NCBI GenBank assembly: GCA_028692055.1
Contig: JAQUYA010000003.1
Span: forward strand, 1,036-65,035
Reading direction: 5' to 3'
DNA length: 64,000 bases
Source of the DNA: Lachnospiraceae bacterium
GTDB taxonomy: Bacteria; Bacillota; Clostridia; Lachnospirales; Lachnospiraceae
Shown: one piece after another, positions 36,909-45,681 of the stretch
Position numbering within the stretch: the first letter of the stretch is position 1
Layout: each line of letters opens with the position of its first letter
Program-made: the position numbers and the translations under genes
Notes under the pieces: model-generated
What the model was told of the DNA's origin: nothing
The model's input: only the letters and a program-made list of their open reading frames with translations
The model's database searches: none

Positions 36909-38624
36909 ATGTCAACAAAAGCAAATTATCCGATTTCAGAGATTGGCGCAGGAAAAGTTGGTTTTTCCAAAACACGTTCAATCATTGAAGCAGCTTTCTA
37001 CGGAAATAACGTAGTAAAAGTAAATACTTTGAAAGAGGCTTATGAATTAGCGAAAAACTCTCCAGGAACTATCGTAACAGATATGCCAATTAAAGATGGT
37101 GAAACATTTGGTCTTGAATCAGATGCAAAGGTTCTTTTATTTAATGATGGTGCTGTAACAGGCCGTTACGCTGCAGCTCGTCGTATCAAAGGCGAACCAG
37201 GCGTAGATGCTGCTAAACTTGATAAAGTAACTATGGATGCTGTATATGAAGCACGCTGGAAAACAATGTATCATGCAGAATGTTTCGTAGGTCTTGACCC
37301 AGAATTTATGGTTAAAGCACATCTTCTTATTCCAGAAGGTGAAGAAAACATTCTTTACAACTGGATGATTAACTTCCAGTACATGTCAGATGAATATGTA
37401 AAAATGTACAAAAATTCTCAACCAATTGGTGGCGGAAATGAACCTGACATCTATATCTTCTCAGATCCACAGTGGATGCCTACCAATCATCCAGACGTTG
37501 ACTTTAGCTGCTTAAGCGATCCACTTACACTTTGCTACTTTGACACAGCTCAAAACTGTGCATGTATCTTAGGTATGAGATATTTTGGAGAACATAAAAA
37601 AGGTACATTAACAATGGCTTGGGCTATTGCAAACAGAAATGGTTATGCTTCATGCCACGGCGGACAAAAAGAATATACATTAGAAGATGGTTCTAAATTC
37701 GTTGCATCTGTATACGGATTATCTGGATCAGGTAAATCTACATTAACACATGCAAAACATGGCGGAAAATATCCTGCAATTAAGGTTCTTCACGATGATG
37801 CTTTCATTATCAATTCTGATACATGTGCTTCTATTGCTTTAGAACCAACATACTTTGATAAAACAGCAGATTACCCAACTGGCTGTGCAGATAATGAATA
37901 CTTATTATCAGCTCAGAACTGCTCTGCAACAGTAGACTGTGAAGGGAAAATTCAGTTAGTAACAGAAGATATCAGAAATGGTAATGGACGTGCAATTAAA
38001 TCAAAATTATGGTCACCAAACCGTGTGGATAAGATTGATTCTCCAGTTAATGCAATTTTCTGGATTATGAAAGACCCTACATTCCCACCAGTTGTTAAAT
38101 TAAGCGGTTCTGCTCTTGCATCAGTTATGGGTGCTACACTTGCTACAAAGACATCTACAGCAGAACGTGTTGCTGCTGGAACAGACTTAAATGCACTTCG
38201 TATTGTACCTTATGCTAACCCATTTAGAACATATCCATTAGTAAATGATTATGTGAAATTTAAAAAGTTAGTAGAAGAGAAAAATGTTGATTGCTACATC
38301 GTTAACACAGGTGATTTCATGGGTACAAAGGTAAAACCTGCTGATACATTAGGTATTATCGAAACAATCGTTGAGAAAAAAGCAAACTTTGAGCAATGGG
38401 GACCTTTCGAAGACATTCAGATTATGAATGAATGGTCAGGAAAAACAAACGATTTCACTCCAGACTTAAAGGATGCTGATTATGTAGCACAGTTAAAGAA
38501 TGCAATGCAAAATCGTGTAGATGCTGTTGAAGGATTTGCAACGAAAAAAGAAGGATATGATAAACTTCCTGATGAAGCATTAGCAGCTCTTAAGAAAATT
38601 GTTGCTGAAGCTGCAGCACTTTAA
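36909..38624 (+). CDS. pckA: Phosphoenolpyruvate carboxykinase (ATP)
   Basis: Kinase-1a motif GLSGSGKSTLTH and the overall length. Start set at ATG 36909 after AGGAGG. Confidence 0.8.
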   Translation: MSTKANYPISEIGAGKVGFSKTRSIIEAAFYGNNVVKVNTLKEAYELAKNSPGTIVTDMPIKDGETFGLESDAKVLLFNDGAVTGRYAAARRIKGEPGVDAAKLDKVTMDAVYEARWKTMYHAECFVGLDPEFMVKAHLLIPEGEENILYNWMINFQYMSDEYVKMYKNSQPIGGGNEPDIYIFSDPQWMPTNHPDVDFSCLSDPLTLCYFDTAQNCACILGMRYFGEHKKGTLTMAWAIANRNGYASCHGGQKEYTLEDGSKFVASVYGLSGSGKSTLTHAKHGGKYPAIKVLHDDAFIINSDTCASIALEPTYFDKTADYPTGCADNEYLLSAQNCSATVDCEGKIQLVTEDIRNGNGRAIKSKLWSPNRVDKIDSPVNAIFWIMKDPTFPPVVKLSGSALASVMGATLATKTSTAERVAAGTDLNALRIVPYANPFRTYPLVNDYVKFKKLVEEKNVDCYIVNTGDFMGTKVKPADTLGIIETIVEKKANFEQWGPFEDIQIMNEWSGKTNDFTPDLKDADYVAQLKNAMQNRVDAVEGFATKKEGYDKLPDEALAALKKIVAEAAAL

Positions 38625-38647
38625 TTGCTATAATTAAATAATATTTT

Positions 38648-38683
38648 AAGAAGCATTATTCTTTTGAATAATGCTTCTTTTTG
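38648..38683 (+). terminator. Rho-independent terminator of pckA
   Basis: AAGAAGCATTATTC-TTTT-GAATAATGCTTCTT followed by TTT. Confidence 0.85.
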
Positions 38684-38716
38684 GCATATTTTATAATTCT
38701 AATTTTGCTGAAAGGG

Positions 38717-38745
38717 TTGTAAAAAGAGATACGATTGGATATAAT
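38717..38745 (+). promoter_or_regulatory. Sigma-A type promoter
   Basis: TTGTAA, 17-nt spacer, consensus TATAAT. Confidence 0.55.
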
Positions 38746-38991
38746 GTAATTAACCTAAAGTGTTGACAATCTTGTTGTTTTGAACCTACAGTTACTTTAA
38801 ACGGGATTCCTACATTGCCGAACGGATGTCAAGCCTTCATTGTGCAGAGGAAGACAGAAGCACGGTTGCGGTCACCCACCTAGCAGAAAGCTAGGAGTCA
38901 AAAGACAAGACCAGCATTTTGGGGATAAAGCTAAAATAATAAATTATTTTGGTAACACAAAAGAAAAAAGCAGCCTAGCGGCTGCTTTTTT
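38746..38991 (+). promoter_or_regulatory. ~245-nt structured leader ending in an intrinsic terminator directly upstream of the SpoIID-like gene (class not recognised)
   Basis: Terminator GCAGCC-TAGC-GGCTGC with an A6 flank and a T6 tail at 38964-38991, 13 nt before the AGGAGG RBS. Internal hairpins: CCTAGC-AGAAA-GCTAGG (38879-38895) and GTGC-N14-GCAC. Confidence 0.5.
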
Positions 38992-39010
38992 ACATAATAG
39001 AAGGAGGTAT

Positions 39011-40474
39011 ATGCGTAGAAATAAAAAAATAGTCTGTAAGTTTTTTTTGATTGTGATAGGGATTGTTCTTCTGCTACGTATAATATGGGGAAATGCTTCA
39101 GAGGAGAAGCAGAAAAATATAAGGGTGAAGGATATAAAGGATACAAAGTATATAAAAGATATAAATGAAAATACATACGCCTATGATGATACAGATAAAA
39201 ACATAGAGCAAAAAGATGGGAAACAAAAAGAGGAAAACATTCGAGTAGTAATACGAACGTCTGATTATCAGGGGATTTATCACAAAGAAGTAAGAGTAAA
39301 AGTAAATCAGAACTGTAAAATTGTAAAAAATAAAAAAGAAGTCTGTTATACGACTGCGAAGGAAGAAATAATCGATGTAAATGATTTCAAATTAGCAATA
39401 AATGACCGGATAAAGATAAGTACGAGCGAAAATGTGGGTATTTATTTGCTGGATGTAAAACGGGAAGAGGAAATGCAGGCGTATAGGGGAAACATGGAAA
39501 TTGAACGTAGAGAAGAAGGATATATAATCATCAATGAATTACCGTTGGAAGAATATTTATATGGAGTAATACCGAGCGAGATGCCAGCTTCTTTTTCGGA
39601 GGAAGCATTACGAGCACAGGCAATTTGTGCCAGAACCTATGCAAGGAAGGCAATGCAAAATAAGGCATGTGCGGAATATGATGCAGATGTCGATGATAGT
39701 ACAGCCTTTCAAGTTTATCATAATATAGCTGAGCAGGAAACAACAACGAAAGCAGTTCGTGATACGCAGGGTATTGTTTTAATGGAAAATAATGTTCTCG
39801 CAGATGCACTTTATTATTCCACTTCCTGCGGATACAATTTGAATGAGGATAGAACAGAAGGGTTTTCAGATTATATATGTCATATAAATCAGGGGGATTT
39901 TGAATGCGAAGAACCCTGGTATCGGTGGTATGGAGAAATTGATAATATTGATTACAATGCACTTATGAGTTGCATCAGAGAATACTATCAGAGAATTCCA
40001 GAACAGATTTTGATGAAAGAAAAAACAAATTATTTTTTTCATAAAAAAGAGAATCGCTACATATGTGAAGAAATAAAAGATATTGGAATTTTAAAAAAAA
40101 TCAGTATACTTTCCAGAGAGGAAAATGGCATCGTAAAGGAATTACTATTGGAAGGAAGTAAAAATACAATTAAGATTATTGGGGAGTATAATATTCGCTA
40201 TATATTGGCAGATGGTGGCATAAAAATAGAAAAACAGGATGGAACGATAAGTGATTCCATGCATTTACTGCCAAGTGCATTTATACTCGTGGAACCGACT
40301 ATAGACAAAAATGGTGTTGTGGGATATGCTATTACTGGTGGTGGATATGGGCATGGCACGGGAATGTCACAAAACGCTGCAAATAAAATGGCAGAGGATG
40401 GAATGAACTATAAAGATATCCTGATGTATTTTTATAAGAATGCAAGTATAGTGAATTTTGAACGGGAACCATAA
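39011..40474 (+). CDS. SpoIID/LytB domain protein (lytic transglycosylase-like), membrane anchored
   Basis: TM anchor, then the SpoIID signature (EEYLYGVIPSEMPASFSEEALRAQAICARTYA, ALYYSTSCG, GHGTGMSQNAA). Start set at ATG 39011 after AGGAGG; the ORF-track start lies inside the leader. Confidence 0.8.
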   Translation: MRRNKKIVCKFFLIVIGIVLLLRIIWGNASEEKQKNIRVKDIKDTKYIKDINENTYAYDDTDKNIEQKDGKQKEENIRVVIRTSDYQGIYHKEVRVKVNQNCKIVKNKKEVCYTTAKEEIIDVNDFKLAINDRIKISTSENVGIYLLDVKREEEMQAYRGNMEIERREEGYIIINELPLEEYLYGVIPSEMPASFSEEALRAQAICARTYARKAMQNKACAEYDADVDDSTAFQVYHNIAEQETTTKAVRDTQGIVLMENNVLADALYYSTSCGYNLNEDRTEGFSDYICHINQGDFECEEPWYRWYGEIDNIDYNALMSCIREYYQRIPEQILMKEKTNYFFHKKENRYICEEIKDIGILKKISILSREENGIVKELLLEGSKNTIKIIGEYNIRYILADGGIKIEKQDGTISDSMHLLPSAFILVEPTIDKNGVVGYAITGGGYGHGTGMSQNAANKMAEDGMNYKDILMYFYKNASIVNFEREP

Positions 40475-40501
40475 AAAAGCAATAAGGTAAAGGAAATTTA
40501 T

Positions 40502-41353
40502 ATGTATCGTTTGTATCTTGTGATTAATGATTTTGCAAAAGAAGTTACTAAAAATAATATTAGTGCGTTGGCATCCAGTGCAGCGTATTTTATTTTCTTA
40601 TCATTAATTCCAATCATAATGCTTATTTGTTCTATTGTACCTTATACTATAGTGACAGAAGCTGATTTGATGTATATATTGGGGCAATTATTACCAAATA
40701 CAATTGCACCTTTGATTATAAATATTGTAGCAGAGGTTTATGATAAATCCCCCGGATTTATTTCAATTGCCGCCGTTATTACATTATGGTCCGCAGCAAA
40801 GGGAATACTGGCGATTGAGAGAGGAATTAATCTGGTCAATCGTGTGGAGGAAACCAGAAATTATATTGTGTTGAGATGCAAAGCAGCACTTTACACTATA
40901 ATTATGCTTGTAGTTGTAGTCTTCTTTTTATTAGTTATGGTTTTCGGTAACGTCATTACACATACAATATTTGGTAAATATCCGGATTTATCGCATTTTT
41001 GGCAGTTTATGATGCACTTTAGGTTCCTTTATGGCTGGTTTTTTCTGGCACTTATCTTTACATTATTATATCTATGGTTGCCAAATAAAAAAATGAAGTT
41101 AAGAATGCAAATACCGGGTGCCATATTTAGTAGTATCATGTGGTCTGCATTTACCTGGGCATTTTCCATTTATGTAGAGCATTTTAACACGTTTAGTGTG
41201 TATGGCAGCTTGACAACGATTATTATTGTAATGCTGTGGCTTTATGTGTGTATGTTTATTTTTCTGATTGGAGCTGAAATTAACCAGTATTTTATGCCTT
41301 TTGTAAGATATCATATGCATGGAAAAATGAATCGAATGCAAAATGAGAAATGA
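40502..41353 (+). CDS. YihY/BrkB family membrane protein
   Basis: Six helices, ALASSAAYFIFLSLIP, ITLWSAAKG and FLIGAEINQ motifs. Confidence 0.8.
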   Translation: MYRLYLVINDFAKEVTKNNISALASSAAYFIFLSLIPIIMLICSIVPYTIVTEADLMYILGQLLPNTIAPLIINIVAEVYDKSPGFISIAAVITLWSAAKGILAIERGINLVNRVEETRNYIVLRCKAALYTIIMLVVVVFFLLVMVFGNVITHTIFGKYPDLSHFWQFMMHFRFLYGWFFLALIFTLLYLWLPNKKMKLRMQIPGAIFSSIMWSAFTWAFSIYVEHFNTFSVYGSLTTIIIVMLWLYVCMFIFLIGAEINQYFMPFVRYHMHGKMNRMQNEK

Positions 41354-41472
41354 CGGTCCATCATAAATTGTAAAAAAGGGTTAGGAATTAGAAAAGGAAA
41401 AACAAAATAGGGTGCAGAGTATTGCAATACATAATATAAATAAGAAAAATCCAAAGAAAATTGGAAAAAACA

Positions 41473-41501
41473 TTGACAAGGAGCGTAAACTTCAATAGAA
41501 T
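41473..41501 (+). promoter_or_regulatory. Sigma-A promoter of the pheST leader
   Basis: TTGACA, 17-nt spacer, TAGAAT. Confidence 0.65.
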
Positions 41502-41507
41502 AATTGA

Positions 41508-41774
41508 TAGTGATAAATAAATATATAAAAACCATGAAGGTGCAAGTAGATTTACATTTTCTAGCAGAGAGAGGGAGTCACTGGCTGTAAGCTTCCTTAA
41601 GTTCAAATGTAAATTGAATTTCCCACTGGAGTTTCTTTTCCGAAGATTTATTTGCGTAGGATAAGACGTTTCACGCGTTAAGTGTTAAAGAGTCTATTGG
41701 CATATGTCTGGTAGGAATCTGGGTGGTACCGCGGAATAATATTCGTCCCTTGTGTTTACACAAGGGATTTTTTG
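41508..41774 (+). promoter_or_regulatory. T-box riboswitch, Phe specifier (UUC)
   Basis: AGAGAG stem I element, specifier UUC followed by A at 41602-41605, T-box sequence AATCTGGGTGGTACCGCGG (41716-41734), and terminator CCCTTGTG-N-CACAAGGG plus a T-run. Confidence 0.9.
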
Positions 41775-41820
41775 ATGTATAAGGACAAAATGTATAGTTT
41801 AACAGGAGAAAGGGATTCAA

Positions 41821-42840
41821 ATGAAAGAAAAATTAGAAAAAATTAAAGCAGAAGCTTTAAAACAAATCGAAGCATCCAATGCGTTAGAAAAACTGAATGA
41901 AATTAAAGTAAATTATCTGGGTAAAAAAGGCGAACTGACAGCCGTTTTAAAAAGCATGAAGGATGTTGCACCGGAGGACAGACCGAAGGTAGGACAGTTA
42001 GTAAATGAAACACGCGGAGAAATCGAAAAGGTATTAGATGAAGCCATTAAAAAAATGGAAAAGATGAAACGTGAGTTACAAATGAAAGCAGAAACAATTG
42101 ACGTTACACTTCCAGCTAAAAAGAATAATGTAGGCCATCGTCATCCGAATACAATAGCTCTGGAAGAAGTGGAACGAATCTTTATCGGTATGGGGTATGA
42201 AGTAGTAGAAGGCCCGGAAATCGAAACCGATTATTATAATTTTGAAGCTTTGAATATACCGGCAGACCATCCGGCGAAAGATGAGCAGGATACCTTCTAC
42301 ATTAATGAGGATTTCCTTCTTAGAACTCAGACATCTGGTACACAGGTACATGAGATGGAAAAAGGAAAGCTTCCGATTCGTATGCTGGCACCGGGCAGGG
42401 TATTTCGTTCCGATGAAGTAGATGCTACTCATTCCCCATCCTTCCACCAGATAGAGGGACTGGTAATTGACAAAACAATTACCTTTGCTGATTTGAAAGG
42501 TACCTTAGCAGAATTTGCAAAAGAATTATTCGGAGAAGAAACAAAAGTCAAGTTCAGACCACATCACTTTAACTTTACAGAACCAAGTGCTGAAATGGAT
42601 GTTACCTGCTTCAAATGTGGTGGTTCCGGATGCCGTTTCTGTAAGGGCTCCGGCTGGATTGAAATCCTTGGCTGCGGCATGGTTCATCCAAATGTTCTCA
42701 AAATGAGCAACATTGATCCAGAAGAATATTCTGGATTTGCATTTGGCGTAGGTCTTGAACGTATTGCATTACTCAAATACGAAATCGATGACATGAGACT
42801 ATTATACGAAAACGACAGCAGATTCCTAAAACAGTTTTAA
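41821..42840 (+). CDS. pheS: Phenylalanine--tRNA ligase alpha subunit
   Basis: 339 aa with class II motifs (FRSDEVDATHSPSFHQIEG, GFAFGVGLERIA). Confidence 0.95.
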   Translation: MKEKLEKIKAEALKQIEASNALEKLNEIKVNYLGKKGELTAVLKSMKDVAPEDRPKVGQLVNETRGEIEKVLDEAIKKMEKMKRELQMKAETIDVTLPAKKNNVGHRHPNTIALEEVERIFIGMGYEVVEGPEIETDYYNFEALNIPADHPAKDEQDTFYINEDFLLRTQTSGTQVHEMEKGKLPIRMLAPGRVFRSDEVDATHSPSFHQIEGLVIDKTITFADLKGTLAEFAKELFGEETKVKFRPHHFNFTEPSAEMDVTCFKCGGSGCRFCKGSGWIEILGCGMVHPNVLKMSNIDPEEYSGFAFGVGLERIALLKYEIDDMRLLYENDSRFLKQF

Positions 42841-42913
42841 TTTATAAATTTCGTAGAAATTTTATGAATGGAACATTCATAATTTTGCGAAGCAAAATAT
42901 AAATTTAACGAAA

Positions 42914-43099
42914 GAATGCGCAGCATTATTGAGTCTTGTATGATGCAAGAAAGTAGAAAGAAACAAGAATGCGCAGCATTATTGAGTCTTGTATGATGCA
43001 AGAAAGTAGAAAGAAACAAGAATGCGCAGCATTATTGAGTCTTGTATGATGCAAGAAAGTAGAAAGAAACAAGAATGCGCAGCATTATTGAGTCTTGTA
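42914..43099. repeat. 53-bp tandem repeat, 3.5 identical copies
   Basis: Unit GAATGCGCAGCATTATTGAGTCTTGTATGATGCAAGAAAGTAGAAAGAAACAA starts at 42914, 42967, 43020 and 43073 (last copy partial). No mismatches seen. Confidence 0.95.
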
Positions 43100-43127
43100 A
43101 TCAAATAAATGGAAGGAAATTAAAATT

Positions 43128-45548
43128 ATGAATACAGCATTATCATGGATTAAAGCTTATGTACCTGAATTAGAATGTGGGGATCAGGAATATACCGATG
43201 CAATGACCCTGACAGGAACAAAAGTAGAAACATTTGAAAGATTGGATAAAAACTTAGAAAAAATATACGTAGGACAGATTATGTCTATTGAAAGGCATCC
43301 GGATGCAGATAAGCTAATCATCTGTCAGGTGAATTTAGGTACACAGAAATTACAAATCGTAACAGGTGCTTCAAATGTAAAAGTGGGAGATAAGGTACCG
43401 GTTGTAATCGACGGCGGTAAGGTGGCCGGCGGACATGACGGTGGTGCATTACCGGAAGAGGGTATTGTAATTAAAAATGGAAAGCTACGTGGCGTAGAAT
43501 CCTTTGGAATGATGTGCTCGATTGAGGAGCTTGGCGCCAATCGGGATATGTATCCAAATGCACCGGAGGAAGGTATTTATATTTTCCCGGAAGAAACAGA
43601 AGTTGACGCAGATGCAGTTGACGCACTGGGACTTCGAGATACGGTATTTGAATATGAAATCACCTCAAACCGTGTAGACTGCTATAGTATCCTGGGGATA
43701 GCCAGAGAAGCAGCAGCTACCTTTGACAAACCATTTATTGCACCTGTGGTAACCGTAAAGGAAAACAATGAGAAAATTGAAGATTATATTTCTGTAGAAG
43801 TAAAAGACCAGGATCTGTGCAGCAGATATTGTGCAAGAGTTTGTACCAATATCAAGATTGCTCCATCTCCGGAATGGATGCAGAGAAGACTTGCAGCAAG
43901 TGGAATCAGACCGATTAATAATCTGGTAGACATTACAAATTATGTAATGGAAGAGTTTGGTCAGCCAATGCATGCGTTTGACCTGGATACGGTAGCAGGC
44001 AAAAAGATTATTGTAAGACGTGCCAAAGAAAATGAGGAATTTCAGACATTAGATGGACAAATGAGAAAACTGGATTCTGAAATTCTTATGATTTGTGATG
44101 CAGAAAAAGAAATCGGTATTGCCGGTATTATGGGTGGTGAGAATTCAAAGATTACAGATAATGTAAAAACGGTTATGTTTGAGGCCGCATGCTTTAATGG
44201 AGCGAATATCAGAAAATCAGCTAAGAGATTAGGACTTCGTACGGATGCTTCCGGTAAGTTTGAAAAAGGACTGGATCCTTATAATGCAGAAATTGCTATC
44301 AACAGAGCCTGTCAGTTGATTCAGGAATTAGGCTGTGGAGAAGTTGTAAGTGGTATGGTAGACGTTTCCATTTCTCTGAAAGAAAACACGCGCATTGCAT
44401 TCAGACCTGATAGAATTAATCAGTTACTGGGTACGAATGTTTCTATAGAAGATATGCAGGCTATTTTTAAGAAAATTGAACTTGGATATGATGAGAAAAC
44501 AAATGAATTAGTGATTCCTTCTTTCCGTCAGGACCTGGAAGGAATTGCAGATATTGCAGAGGAAGTTGCCAGATTTTATGGCTATGATAAGATTCCAACT
44601 ACCTTACCAAATGGAGAAGCAACTACCGGCAAAATGCCTTTTAAACTTAGAATTGAAGAAAAAGCAAGAGATATTGCAGAATACTGTGGTTTCTCTCAAG
44701 GGTACTGCTATTCTTTTGAAAGCCCGAAAGTATATGATAAATTATTGCTGGATTCGGACGATGTATTACGAAATGCAATTGTTATTTCTAATCCACTGGG
44801 AGAAGATTTTTCAATTATGAGAACGATTTCCCTGAATGGTATGCTGACCTCAATTGCTACCAATTACAATCGTCGTAATAAATCAGTTCGTTTATATGAA
44901 CTGGGAAATGTTTACCTTCCAAAGGCGTTACCTTTAAAGGAACTTCCGGACGAAAGAATGCAGTTTACTCTGGGGATGTATGGGGATGGAGACTTCTTTA
45001 GCATGAAGGGCGTAGTGGAAGAATTCTTTGAATGCGTTGGTATGACAAAGAAGGTAAATTATGATCCAAATGCCAATAAGAATTTCCTGCATCCGGGAAG
45101 ACAGGCAAATATTATCTATGATGATGCAATTGTGGGTTATATGGGAGAAGTACACCCGGAAGTAGCAGATAATTATGGGATTGGTACGAAGGCATATGTG
45201 GCAGTACTGGATATGCCAAATATTATTTCATTCGCAACTTTTGAACGTAAATATGAAGGAATTGCAAAATATCCAGCAGTTACGCGTGATATCAGTATGG
45301 TAGTTCCTAAGCTTATTTTAGTAGGTGAAATTGAAAAGATTATTACACAGCGCGGCGGTAAAATTCTGGAAGATTACAAATTATTTGATATCTATGAAGG
45401 AGAGCAAATCAAAGAGGGCTTTAAGTCAGTTGCTTATTCCATTTCTTTTAGGGCAAAGGACAGAACACTGGAAGATAATGATGTAAATGCTGCAATGAAG
45501 AAAATTTTAAATGGTCTTGAAAGCATGGGTATTGAACTTAGACAGTAA
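43128..45548 (+). CDS. pheT: Phenylalanine--tRNA ligase beta subunit
   Basis: 806 aa with an N-terminal tRNA-binding OB domain, B3/4, B5 and FDX-ACB domains recognisable. Follows pheS. Confidence 0.95.
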   Translation: MNTALSWIKAYVPELECGDQEYTDAMTLTGTKVETFERLDKNLEKIYVGQIMSIERHPDADKLIICQVNLGTQKLQIVTGASNVKVGDKVPVVIDGGKVAGGHDGGALPEEGIVIKNGKLRGVESFGMMCSIEELGANRDMYPNAPEEGIYIFPEETEVDADAVDALGLRDTVFEYEITSNRVDCYSILGIAREAAATFDKPFIAPVVTVKENNEKIEDYISVEVKDQDLCSRYCARVCTNIKIAPSPEWMQRRLAASGIRPINNLVDITNYVMEEFGQPMHAFDLDTVAGKKIIVRRAKENEEFQTLDGQMRKLDSEILMICDAEKEIGIAGIMGGENSKITDNVKTVMFEAACFNGANIRKSAKRLGLRTDASGKFEKGLDPYNAEIAINRACQLIQELGCGEVVSGMVDVSISLKENTRIAFRPDRINQLLGTNVSIEDMQAIFKKIELGYDEKTNELVIPSFRQDLEGIADIAEEVARFYGYDKIPTTLPNGEATTGKMPFKLRIEEKARDIAEYCGFSQGYCYSFESPKVYDKLLLDSDDVLRNAIVISNPLGEDFSIMRTISLNGMLTSIATNYNRRNKSVRLYELGNVYLPKALPLKELPDERMQFTLGMYGDGDFFSMKGVVEEFFECVGMTKKVNYDPNANKNFLHPGRQANIIYDDAIVGYMGEVHPEVADNYGIGTKAYVAVLDMPNIISFATFERKYEGIAKYPAVTRDISMVVPKLILVGEIEKIITQRGGKILEDYKLFDIYEGEQIKEGFKSVAYSISFRAKDRTLEDNDVNAAMKKILNGLESMGIELRQ

Positions 45549-45617
45549 TTTTATCTATATAAAAATAGCTGCCAAGTTATAAAAATGGAACTTAAAAATC
45601 AGAAATATGGTGATACT

Positions 45618-45652
45618 AAACGGTATAGGGAAATTAAGTCCTTATACCGTTT
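45618..45652 (+). terminator. Terminator-like hairpin after pheT
   Basis: AAACGGTATA-N15-TATACCGTTT, a 10-bp stem with a short U tail. Confidence 0.5.
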
Positions 45653-45681
45653 GAATGTTTGAGAAAGGTATGGGTATTAAT

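Noticed and set aside
38746-38991. Tried to identify the SpoIID-gene leader as SRP RNA, 6S RNA, a c-di-AMP (ydaO) riboswitch or a c-di-GMP-I/II riboswitch.
   Set aside because: The conserved cores I remember are not present. These are the GGAAGCAGC-type SRP domain IV, the ACGGGG/CCGA and GGGUGAAUC elements of ydaO, and the GGCAAA...GGGACGCAAAGCC core of GEMM-I. Only a vague GCAACCG-like match appears, on the wrong strand. The class is left unassigned.
38840-39010. N-terminal extensions proposed by the ORF track, such as the SpoIID-like protein starting at 38840. Similar cases are 2122, 6513, 8581, 11610, 14555, 23574, 30791, 31971, 34519, 34849, 36864, 50167, 53684 and 57597.
   Set aside because: In each case an internal ATG, or a GTG where noted, preceded by a good Shine-Dalgarno sequence matches the expected N-terminus of the family. 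The extension also overlaps a terminator, leader or neighbouring gene.
42837-43019. 60-aa minus-strand ORF running through the 53-bp tandem repeat.
   Set aside because: The reading frame is generated by the repeat itself. The unit length is not a multiple of 3, there is no RBS, and the ORF ends arbitrarily in the pheS stop region.
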